Positions 18,147 to 37,290 of a stretch of 64,000 bases of DNA are shown piece by piece; the first letter of the stretch is position 1, and each line of letters opens with the position of its first letter. The translations under genes were made by a program, and so were the position numbers. The DNA comes from Callorhinchus milii (taxonomy: Eukaryota). The notes beneath the pieces were generated by a model. It was not told where the DNA came from and did not search any database. It was given only the letters and a program-made list of their open reading frames with translations. Location: positions 5,766,001-5,830,000 of the forward strand of contig NW_024704765.1 in assembly GCF_018977255.1 (NCBI RefSeq). Reading direction: 5' to 3'.

Positions 18147-19183
18147 GTATTAAAGGCTTTTTTACTCAAGTAATATGACTCAACATTTCCACCATCGGTG
18201 GCCATGCCTTCAGCCAGTACGCCCCGAAACTCTGGAACTCTCTCATTCAATCCCTCCACCTTGTCCCCTCCCTCCCCACCTTCAAATCCTGCCTAAAGAC
18301 CTTTTTGATCATGTTTCACGGTCACCTCCCCCCTGGCTCAGTGTCTGGCTCCATCACTGTTAAGGCCTCCGGGAGGTTACACTGTGGGAAGGGGGCTATA
18401 TAAATGGAACTTCTTGTTGTATGACTTGCCTAGTGAATTATTTGCAACATTAACCACTTACATTTATAGGGCACCTACAAGAAATGTCTTGGATGTGTTT
18501 TACGGCATGAGTTTACTTAGAAATGAGTGATTTGCAGCTAATCTGTGCCCAGGGACAGCAATTGAGATAAGATAATTGTTTTGAATTTAGGATGTGAATT
18601 TGAATGAGGAGTGTAAATATAAACCAAGCTAACCCCAGAGCAAAACTCAACATTTTTTCTCAATGGAGTTGGGAGTCCCTTAACAGTACCTGAATCTCAT
18701 GGTAGACGGGACGTAAATTAACGACTCAATCAAATGGCGGGTGATAACTGGAAATAATATTAGCCGTTAATCTGGGCTGAGGTTCAAGGTTGGGAAGATA
18801 ATTTCTGGGCAGACCCCAGAATGTATTTCTTTATACAGCAGTCAATTAATGGCTGGAATGAAAGAGAGGGTGAGCTGAGCTGGCTGCATGATGAGGGTTG
18901 TTTCAAGGCACTGAAAAACATAAGTTCTTTGAGATCTGAGCTGCCTTGTAACTGTAGTGAGATTCACCTGAAGGTTTGCAATCGAGACTGTTGAGATTGA
19001 ATTAGTATTAAAATGCGAATGTAATTAATTCTGCCAAACCAGCAACAAGTGTAAAATAAATAGAAACCAAGGAATAGAGCGATTGATGTTTGAGACTTGT
19101 AGTTTGTTTTGCCCATAAATTGGAACATTTGTGTGTACGTGGCATTTGGCAAATTATTTCTTTTCTATCCGTTTTATTTGTAG

Positions 19184-21213
19184 GAAACGAAAATGGCAAA
19201 ACTACCTCATTGGAAACCCCTTCATTACTGACACCTCATCCTAATCTCCCTCTTCCCACGACGGGAACTGGTGAATTTCAAGCCCCTTATAGTCAAAGTC
19301 AGTTGGACCATTCCGTTTCCGTCCCTGCTAGCCTTCCTTTACCAAAACAGAATGAATCTGATTTTAGAAGAAGAGAAGACCTTCAGATGCCTGAGTGTGC
19401 AGAAACACAGGCAGAAAATCAGCTCCTGCCGGGACCTTCACAGTGTCTTTCTGACCATCTGTTGGCTCTGCCGTCTCCTGATCATCTGTCTGTTCCTTCT
19501 CAGGCAACGTTAAGAGGAAAGCATACACCACACCCAGAAACCCTACGCAGCAGCTCACAAAACCCCTCAAGACAGCTGAATACAGATACTGATGAAACGT
19601 CTGTGCCAAAATCTTTCTTGCCTGATATAACACATCCGCGTGAGTTTGGCAAGGAAACGAGAGATTGTTCTGTTCCGAGTGTCAGAGCAAAGCCTCAGCT
19701 GGAATCTCCAGGTGAAGAAGGTTGTGATTTGGAGGCAGCACCAATGAGACAAATTGAGGATATTTCTTCAGACGCTCAGCCATATCCTGATCCCACTAAA
19801 TCAAGCCAAACCGCCTCGCCTCAATTGACTCTGGGTGACTGCTCCTCCAATGATCACCATTTGCAAGAGCATGTTGACTCTGACAAGGGTGCTGATGGCG
19901 ACCTTCTTGAAGAGGCGACTGAGCCATTGGTAATGGACCTTGAAATACACGAGAGAGATCTGAATAGCTGCTGTGAGAAAACTGCAGTTTGTGAACGAAC
20001 GTCTACTGGAAATTCAAGTAGAACGGCTGAGTGCTTTGACGCTGTAATGGAGGTGAGTGCCACTGACCAACAAGCGGAGGAGAGCGACACAGCTACAGAG
20101 ATGGACAGCAGTGACCCAAAAGAAGGAAGAGTCATGGATTCAGATCAGGACAATACTCTACGGATGGAATTTGAGGAAACATTCTTGAAGAACAGCTCCA
20201 GTTCGGCAGCAAATAATTCTGGTGAGGTTAGCAGCAGAAGTCACAAAGGAGAAGCTGCTCAGAGTAGTGATGAAATGCATGTTGATGCCCATTTGTCCAC
20301 AGATATGAAACCTCCCTCTCAACAAGGTACCCCATTGGCACCAGACTGTGATCCAAATGATTCCTCTCTCTCACCTGTAGCTGCTTTGATCGAGTTGCAT
20401 CAGCAATTAGTCTCCAAATGTCATGAAGCTGACTTCAATGTATCAGCCGCTGAGGGGATCATCTGCCGGCCAGAAGCTGTCAGTCAGGGAGAGCGTGTTC
20501 AGCCGATGGAAGCATGTGAAGAATCGCTGACTGATGGTGGCACAGCAAGCGAGATGTGTCACAGTGCAGAGCAGCACATTGAAGTGATGGAAGTGGCAGA
20601 GCAAGATCCTTCTGAAAAAAGGGATGAAGATATGGAGTGTTCCGATCGCCCAGCTCCACAAGTCGTCTCGGAGGTCAGGCAAGATGCCCAAGATGTGGCC
20701 CAGGAGATTTTGACACGAGAAGCTGAGCACGAGGCTGTGCCACCTTCTGTGCTTGTGTCCGAGAACATGACCAAGCAAGCGGACGTCCCCCCAGCCAAGG
20801 GGATTCCAGAAAACCAACCAACATCTCCAAAGATTGGTTCGGGAGATGTGGTGCGTACGCCTGCGTCTGCAACAGATAATAATGACGGCCAGATTTCTCA
20901 GCACACTGCTGCAGAGCTGCAGGTGCCTGATATTGCACTGTGCTCCTCGGAGATTTCAGCAGCTAGGATGCCTTGGGAAAGGACCATGGAAGCAAACGTG
21001 GATGAGCCCAATACATATTGCAGGGAGAGCAGCCCTCTTGACCGAGGGCCCACAATTCCTTCACTGCCGATTTTCCCAGCTGCTAATATTGAACAAATAA
21101 GAAGATCAGGATTTACTGAGCAAGAAGCCATCGAGGCCCTTGAGCGGTCTGATGGCGACACAGAGTTAGCTCTTCTGCTGCTTCTAGCCAGACAGATTGT
21201 GGTTCCTGTCTGA
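19184..21213 (+). CDS. RSC1A1: RSC1A1 (RS1)-like long exon with C-terminal UBA domain; in-frame alternative last coding exon of DDI2
   Basis: Open frame of ~676 codons after a strong acceptor (ttttctatccgttttatttgtag|GA AAC GAA). The body is acidic, Ser/Pro/Glu-rich and low-complexity. The C-terminus IFPAANIEQIRRSGFTEQEAIEALERSDGDTELALLLLLARQIVVPV* matches the RSC1A1 UBA tail. Its phase matches the DDI2 exon-8 donor. Confidence 0.85.
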
Positions 21214-22599
21214 AGCTGGTTAATAGGAATCGGTGGACACAAGTGAAACTGTTATTTTTAAAGATGTGGTCTTATGTAGCCTGGTCTCAAAGTTTAAGAT
21301 TGTGTGGAATTTTGGCAAACCCTCAAATTCAATCTTAGTCAATTCACTTTTACAGTATATCGCTGTGAAGTGCTGCGAGACCTCTCAACGACGTGATAAG
21401 GTGCTATATCAAATGCAAGGATTATTACTGTTGTTAATAATTTGGAAGCCAGTTGAAACATGCTGTGTGGAAAGCCTGATTTTTAACTTCAGTTTAAGAA
21501 ATTTCCAAAATTCTGCACAACACTAAATTTTAAGACCACCTCCTTAAGACTGATTTCAGGTCTTCAATTCTACATCTGATCATGTTCCACGCTCAAGTCA
21601 GAACCCATCACCTTTGCATCTGTTTGGAACTTACTGTCTGTACTGTTGTCATTAGTCACCAACAAACTGCTTGTGATGAAGTACCATTGTGCTGGAGGTG
21701 CCACTCTACAGTAATTATTCCACTCAGAAAATTTTAAACTTATCCGACAACCGTTTGTCTCCATTTGTCCCACCACCAACTACATACAATCTGTAACAGT
21801 AATTAAAACCACTTGTTTTTAAAAGGATAGCAAAAATACATAGCCCGTTTGAACACTTGGAAAATGAGCTACACTATTATTATTTGTGCTGAGTCAGGTT
21901 TTATCCTTTAGATTTTGGGTTTGTTCGTGCGTTTGGCATAAGCTTGAGAAGATGTGGGAAGGTCCATCCTTAATATCCTTCATCGGGAGTTTATCACCAA
22001 AATGTTGGATCTTCTTCTCGTAAATCTCTCAGCAAACCTATCGAGACACATTCGGTATTCAGAGTTGGCGAGGATTGTTTTGAAGGCGTTTGTCCTTTCT
22101 GGTGCGTGATTATGAACAGCCGCTTGATGGGATATCTGGTCTTTGTTTTTCTCTTTTTTTAAACCAAATAAAAAAAAGAAAAATCGCCAAGCATGGTTTT
22201 GGTTTTGTCTGGTGGACGGTTTAAGACAAGTTAACTCATCTGTCACATACGGAAACCCATCACCATGCTTAAGAGTACAGAAAAGAGCCCAATATCTGAA
22301 CTATTTGGGACTGGCCCTTTATGGATATGGAGACTGAATAATGGGTAATCAGGAAAATACAAACCTGCTACTGTGCAAACCCAAAACTTCGCCTAAAACA
22401 GTGTATTAGCACCTTCACTCTTTTTCTCACTCTCTGAGTCTCTCTCTGCAGAGTTTCTCTCTTAACTTTCTCTCTTTGAATACCTTTCCCTCATTCTGCC
22501 TTTTTTCTAAATAATATGTTTCTTCTACTTCCTCTCTGATTATTAGCAAGAAATGTTATAATATTAAAGGCCTCTAACCTCAGATCTAACGGCACTAAA

Positions 22600-22860
22600 C
22601 TTACCCCCATTGCATCAGTTCTAGCCAGTCTCTATCGGCTCCCTCTTGCTGAACGGATCAGTTTCAAGATTCTCACACTTGTTTTCAAATCCCTTCATGC
22701 CCTTGCACCTCCCGACCTCTCCGACTTGCTTTACCCCGCAACCCACTACCAGCTACCTCTGCTCGAGTGGCTCCGACCTTTTCTGCGTCCCTTGTGCCCT
22801 CTGTTCTACTATCGATGGTCGAGCTTTCAGCCACTGGGTCCCAAAACTGGAAGACTTCCT
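22600..22860 (+). mobile_element. L2-like LINE 3' ORF2 remnant
   Basis: Resembles the 63490-63720 part of the longer L2 copy (catcagttctagccagtctctatcggctccc...tttcaagattctcacacttgttttcaaatccc). Confidence 0.7.
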
Positions 22861-23839
22861 CTTCCCGGCTCAGGGTCATGCTCTGCCACTGTCAAGTGCT
22901 CTGGGACGCTAAGCAAGTAGTGAAAACAGCCCTAACTTCTCAAGTCTCTTTGTTACTGAAACCTACTGAAAAGTTATTTTTCAATTATTTTTTAACCCCC
23001 CCCCCCACACACACTCCCCATTGACGCATGCCTGTGCCCCAGTCCTCAGCCTCATGATCGGAGGTAGTTGCACGAATAATAGTTGCTTTTTAGTGTTTTT
23101 CATCCAAGTGACCATTGTCCCATCTGTGCCTTTGAGATGAGGCAAAGCAGAGCTCTCCTCAGCCAGCTGCAACATACATGTATAGCACTAGGGGGCGCTA
23201 AAGAGAGACCAGAATCACGAGTGAATGCTGATTTGAGCCTCCCTTGGCTTACCCACAGAATAATAATAATAATAATTATTATTATTGTTACTTACCCAGA
23301 GAATTCCAGGGCTAATTGATCCATCCCATTGCAGCCTTAGCTGAGGTCAGCAAATTTAAACACGCTGGGATTCAAATCGGCAAGCTTCCTCGGTCCGTGC
23401 GTCGCACTTCTGCCAGACGTCTGGACAGTATGATAAGGTGCTACATCAAATGGAAAGGATTATTATTATTATTATTATTATTGTTGTGATACCGCACGAC
23501 CGGGGCTGGTACTTGCCGCACCGTTTCGACAGCTTTCCCGTGTACTTCAATGCTAGGAAGGGAAAAAAGGAGAGTTTCTCCTGGTGTCATTGTCAACATC
23601 TGAAGGACGGCGCCTGTGAGAATGCAGTGCAGCACTGGGCCCCCCCCCCCCTCAGCACTGCATGGCGTCCCACCAACGTGACCTCCTCCGGGTGCCAATA
23701 TATACATTAAACGTAAACTTGCATTGGTTGATCTGTCAGTTTAGACTGAGCTCGGGGTGGGGGCTCAAACACACTTACTCTGAGACGAGACTCAACGTCT
23801 TGCGTTTATAGGGCACCTCTTACAGGTCTCGGAGTGCTG

Positions 23840-24684
23840 AACAGCGGCGGAGCATTGACCCTCAGCCTGCGAGCGAGGCGCGCGGGGGGGGGGGGCGCGC
23901 GGCGGGGGGGGGGGGCATTGCGGCGGTTACAAGAGAGCAATCCTAATCCGATTCGGATCACAAACGCAAGGGATTTTAAACGCTACATCTGTTTGACCGG
24001 GTGCGCGGCTCTCGGGGGTCGCCAGGCGCCCGGGTGCGGGCAGGGTGTGCCAGGAATTTAAAACACAACACTAAAACATGATATGAATCACAAAGTAAGT
24101 TATATTAAGTAAAGTGAAGCAGGGGCTCTGCAGCCCAAAGTGGCACCAAAAGTAGCCCAATGTTATGGGGCTTTGCCTCGCCAGGGATAGCAGCACAGGG
24201 GCCGATTTCGGCTTACAGTGCATTTTGAAAAAGGCCTTTAAAGTGTGTGGGAGGACGTCTGGAAGGTTTAAATTTAAAAATTATTAAAACAAAATGAAAG
24301 CCTTCCCCCCCACCCCCACCCGCCCCTCATTAACCAAAGCAGCAGTAAACCCGCCCAATCGGGCGTGAACCCGCCCAACCCGCCTGTGTGTGTGTGTGAC
24401 GCTATTACGTTGGGCGCGTGACGCTCCGACGCGGCGTGAGGCGTGCGTGCGTGCGTGAGTGAGCGAGCGCGTGCCGTCGCGGCTGCGCTGTGGGCTCTGG
24501 AGGAAGATGGCGGCGGCGGCGGCGCCCAGTGGGTGAGAGAGAGAGAGAGCGAGAGAGGGAACGGGAGAGAGGGGACAGCGCGGCGGCCCACACGGAGACA
24601 CCGAGAACCGCCACGAGGAGCGGCCTTTCGGCGCGCGGTTGAGCCGGCGGGGGCGGGGCGGGAGCTGGAGGCGACGCCAGGCCG
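23840..24684 (+). promoter_or_regulatory. FBXO42: CpG-island promoter and non-coding first exon of FBXO42
   Basis: CpG-rich; CCAAT near 24356; YY1-like AAGATGGCGGC at 24504-24514; donor CCG|gtgagt at 24684/24685. Confidence 0.65.
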
Positions 24685-25447
24685 GTGAGTGAGAGCCGCA
24701 GCTTAGGCCGCGACCCCCCAACCCCCCCACCACCCCTCCCCGGCGCCTCGGGTAGAAGCCTCGCCGGCCCCGGGGGGGGAGGGGAGGGAGGCCGGGAGAG
24801 GGAGGGCGGCTCTCTGAGGAGGAGGAGGAGGTGGCGGGCGGTGACTGTGCGAGGCCCCGGGTCTCACGGTGGGGGTGTCTCCCCCCCCTTTGTGCTGCGC
24901 CCCTTCCTCTCCCGGAGTCGGGAGACCCCGAGCGGCCTGAGCTCCCTGGGCTCCTCCCTCCCCGGCAATGTGAGGGGTTTGTCGGCTTCAGGGGGGGCCC
25001 CGGTCTCCCCGCAATGTCATTGTCCGGCAGCAGATTGCATGGGACTCCGCGCCTTTTCAGGTCAGGAGGACCTTCCCGACCCCGCTGGACAGTCGGCAGT
25101 TTGCACCCCAGCCCGGGTTTGGGGTCAAGGGAGGGGGTAGAGAGCAACCGAGAGGGGGTGGGTGTTGCGGGGTGTGGTGGTGGTGGTGGAGGTGGTGAGT
25201 TGGAGGGGAGTGGGGGGTTGGGGGGTGGGGGGCGCAATGGGCAATGGGGAGGATGTTCGAAGGCAATGGTCAAAGAGGAAGCTCTTGAGGTGGGTACTGG
25301 AACGTCCGCTGAGGGAGGCGGAGGCTGCGGAGCGGTCGAAAGGCCGAGCCCTGTGCAAGCGAGAGGCTGAAACGGCCCCTGGAGGGCACCAGCTGCTGGT
25401 GGGAGGGAGGGGTGGGGGGGGCTGCCTGGGGTGGGGTGGGGAGGGGG

Positions 25448-25850
25448 GCTGCCTGCCGTGGGGTGGGGAGGGTGGCGGAGGGGGGCTGCCTGCCGTGGGG
25501 TGGGGAGGGTGGCGGAGGGGGGCTGTCTGCCGTGGGGTGGGGAGGGTGGCGGAGGGGGGCTGCCAGCCGTGGGGTGGGGAGGGTGGCGGAGGGGGGCTGC
25601 CTGCCGTGGGGTGGGGAGGGTGGCGGAGGGGGGCTGCCTGCCGTGGGGCGGGGAGGGTGGCGGAGGGGGGCTGCCTGCCGTGGGGTGGGGAGGGTGGCGG
25701 AGGGGGGCTGCCTGCCGTGGGGTGGGGAGGGTGGCGGAGGGGGGCTGCCTGCCGTGGGGCGGGGAGGGTGGCGGAGGGGGGCTGCCTGCCGTGGGGTGGG
25801 GAGGGTGGCGGAGGGGGGCTGCCTGCCGTGGGGTGGGGAGGGTGGCGGAG
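25448..25850. repeat. 37-bp G-rich minisatellite, ~11 copies, in FBXO42 intron 1
   Basis: Unit gctgcctgccgtggggtggggagggtggcggaggggg recurs at 25448, 25485, 25522 and onward. The 37-aa periodicity of the spurious ORFs equals 3 units. Confidence 0.95.
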
Positions 25851-26677
25851 GTGGTAAATTGAATGTAGACCGTAATGCCGTAACTGGGGGAAAACCTGGG
25901 ACTCTTACAATAACCCTGTTCCTTGTACCTGCTTTATTTTTGCCCCCCCCCCCCAGTTGCCAGCCACACAAAGCGGAATCACGCACCTTTTCCCGCTAAT
26001 ATTCAGTCAATTCACTGTACGGTCTCTTCTGTGAAGCCCTTTGAGACGTCTCGAAGACGTGACAAGCGCTATATCAAATGGAAGGATTATTATTATTATT
26101 AGCAGTGATATTGACTCTGGCTGAGTGATCACCTTCCCGGGGTGAAGGTTGAACAGTAATGTTTCAGTCTATGTAACCTGGTATCATCCACCGCGGTGCA
26201 AAACTCAATCCCATTTTATATTGCTGGACGCACCTGCAAAGCATCCCGGGATACTTCCACCCCAAAGGGTCCTTGAAATCTGCAAAGTTCTCTATTGTTT
26301 CTAGATTCACAAACTGTTCTTGTTCTCTGTGATGGCCGTTGACTCTTTAAACATTTAAGCGTGTCCACGCCTATATATGGTAACTTGATGTGTTCACCGA
26401 CTCGGATGTTCTTTTGTTGGCTCTCGCGTGGTTACTTTGGAGGTCAGGAATCTGCACTTCAGTGTCCTAGCCAACAATCTTCTAGATTAAATTGATTATT
26501 CACCTCATGGCTGCTAGTCAGACATTGTTTGGTGCTGCCCTATTTGTCTGCAAAAAAACAACCACTTCACAATAACTAGCGGAAGAGTACTTTGAGACAT
26601 TTTGGATGTGATGCACTATAAGATGAAAGTTCTCTCTGTGTGCATTCAATATTGACATGAATGTTGAATTTTTTTAA

Positions 26678-34265
<7,588 letters not shown>

Positions 34266-37229
34266 TGCACTGCCTCGAGGGGTGTTTCACTCTACCTGAG
34301 GCGCACCGCACCATAAGCTGTGAATTCAAACAAAAAAAAATACGATTATCTGTAAAAACTATTCCGCAAATGGATTAAGTTTGCTTTTAAAACGCAAACG
34401 TACGTGCACATGCGCGCACAAAAAAAAAATCATTTCGATCCAGTTCCAGTGTTTTTCATTCCACGTTTGGATTTGTGTGTCTTCATTTAATTCACGCTGT
34501 GATCGATACTCTGGCTTCTGCCTTCAATGCTGAGGAAATGACTGCGGCTGGTTCCACCAGTTGCAGTACTTCTTGGTGGCAATCCAGCTGGTTAGCAAGT
34601 TTGGGCGAGATCTTGGCACGGAACTGGTACAGGCCGGGCCAGGCAGGGCACAGCTGGCGGGCAGGAGTTTACATTGTTTGGATTGGTTGTAGAGCAGTCC
34701 GTGCTTCAGTGAGATGGCCCCCTCGATCGTTGGCTTGCGTTCAAGTCGACATTCTTCCCAGGTCAGCCAGTTGATATCTAGAAAAGGACAAAAGATTGCT
34801 TAACGACTCTCAAGGCAATTCCATTCACACGTGGTTCAGTCAGTGACAGAAAGGTATGGTGTAGGAGTTTCGAAGTTAAACGTACACTAATTGATTTAAG
34901 AGTGAATTGCGCAAATGCTGGTGTATAAGAGAAGTGTAGGCTTGTGATGATCGGTGGAGCTGTGATGACTTTGTTATACTGTGGGATCACTGCGGGTCAG
35001 CACTAACCCTTGTTGCACTGGAGCTGTAGGGTTTAGGCTGAGGTGACAATATCTATCATCTTTTCCATAAGCAGAAGGAATGTGGTGTTTCCTGATAGCT
35101 TTGTTCTGTTACCTCAAAGACTGACACTTGAGATGTCAGCCTTGACCACAAATCACCCTTATGGCTAAAACGGCATAGTGAGGCGGAGTGTTGCTGTAGT
35201 ACAGAAACTCTTGGTTATCTCTCATTACAAGAAACATTATATCTATAGTCTCTGGTCTGAAGCTGGTCCCACTTTCATTCTGATGCTGATGCTTTATATA
35301 CAGTATTTTATGATTACTGGGCAGTGGTTGGTGCAGCTGCCTTTGGTATAATCGAGTGCCTCGCACATCCCATTAACCCAGATATTTTTAGTGGCAAGGA
35401 ATTTTCAGACTTAGCGTTCTTTTTTTATTTGTGCCAAATTTCTCTCTCTCCCCCCACCCCACCACCACCACCTGAGGTCAGTGAGCGGAGCTGGTGGAGG
35501 TTCCTGGCATTCCTGTAGTTCCCGCTGCACAAACGGCCAATGTTCCTTCAAGCGTGAACCTAGACAGGGCTTGTTGACCTGATATTCAAATTTAGAGAGT
35601 GTCATGGCTATCGCCAACCCTATTCTCATTGAAAATTAAACACAAAGAAACATTTGCCAGCTGTGATGTCTGGAGAGCCTGGCTCGTTTCTCTTTTCCCC
35701 CTTTCCCCCTCCCCGTCTGTAGCCTAGGGTCACGAAAAACAATTGTATAATATCTGTACTTCTACTCTAATTGAGATCAGCTGCCTTAGCGCAGACAAGT
35801 CAGAGGAGTTTTATTTGATCTAGTTTCTCTTGTCAAGCAGCTATATATGTACGCACTGATGGCAAGCAAAGCCCTCTCTCGCTCGCTTACTCTATCTGGG
35901 CGTCCAGTTGAACAGAATGTTACTTTTTTTTAAAATAGCAAGTACATTTTTAACACTGCTTTACTTTATTTTTGTTTTGAGAACTTGTTCCGTCTTTTAA
36001 AAGAAAACTTTGCTGCCAATAAATTTAAGGTCATCGCCAAGAATCCTGAGCGCGACAGAAAGTGGCCGTTGATGAGCAAAGCTTCCTAGCGGAGGTTCTC
36101 ACTAATTCAGCAATATACAGGTGATGTTTTTCTACTGATCTTCGGTTTCTCTTCCATTTCCTCTGTGCTGGATTTTCACCTGAGTGCAAAACCTAGGAAA
36201 TGGAGCAATTTATGCAATAAATAGACTATCTGATAAGGGACATGAATAAGTCTGTGCAATGAGACTTGTAGAGCAGTCAAATCCAAACTCACTGGAGCCT
36301 ACAATGGACCCTATTGAGAACTGAGCTGCCAAATCTGTCGTAAAGCAGCCATGTGAGGTTTGGGTGGAAATTCCAAAATCCTAAATACTTCCAGCCCTGG
36401 GCGCGCACGTGGAATAGAGCTGAGCGCACATTGGCGGCTGATAAAAGTTCACACTTGTGTGTGTGTGTGTGAGAGGTTTGAAATCTGCTAATTATGCCTT
36501 TATACTGCATTGCATCTTACAATAATCCTCCGCAGCTGATTTCATGCTAATGTAATTTGTTTTTAGTCAAGCTACCAGGATCCGTACAGAATGGGGTTCA
36601 GACATTTTAAAGTGCTGACAATTAACCGGAGGGCTGCACAGTGTTGAATGTATTTGCCGGTGAAAGGTTGAGCTGCAGTTTGTGTCTACAGGTTGTTCAC
36701 AAAGTCCCGTTACCCCTGCGCCCCCATGCGTTTTTTCTCTACAGTGCAATGACCAACAATTGAAACATGGAAGAATGATGTAACTTTATTTAGAAGTGCT
36801 TAATTGTATTCAGTGCAAGTAACTGTATTTAGACGAACAGAGGATTGGGGTGTGTGGGGGGAGGGGGTGGGGTTGTGTGTGAGAGCGCAATCATTTTCAT
36901 GGAAAATAATCCATCGCCATGTTCACTGCCACGTCTTCCTTAACTTGGATGGAGTGAGGAGGAAGTTACTGGTATCAGACATTGTTCCACTCCACTCACC
37001 TGCAACAGAAAATAAAAATTTGTGAACACCCTGTATATTGGCACCGAGCTTAACACTTGTGCTGAAGGCGGTAGCAGTGATTGAGGGCGCGCAGGTTTCA
37101 GTCGCTTTATAATGAAATGGTAGAGCCGGGCAAGTGTTGGTCTTTCTCATTGCATTTAAGTGTATGTTGCTTTGCTCCCATTCTCTACGTGTTTTAACTA
37201 ACACAAGATGAGCTTCCTTCATGTGTCAT

Positions 37230-37290
37230 TTTTAAAAAAAAATAAAATAAAAACATGCATCGTTTCATCAGACTCTAAATAAAATTGAGT
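37230..37290 (+). terminator. Candidate FBXO42 polyadenylation signals ending a ~3-kb 3' UTR
   Basis: Clustered AATAAA hexamers near 37240-37250 and 37278. The intervening region is largely free of SINEs, as expected of a UTR. Confidence 0.4.

Noticed and set aside
25448-25850. CRISPR-like periodicity (37-bp repeats)
   Set aside because: Head-to-tail repeats without spacers, in vertebrate DNA, with no cas genes.
24284-25999. Long overlapping ORFs with 37-aa periodicity
   Set aside because: Produced by the 37-bp tandem repeat and the GC-rich island.
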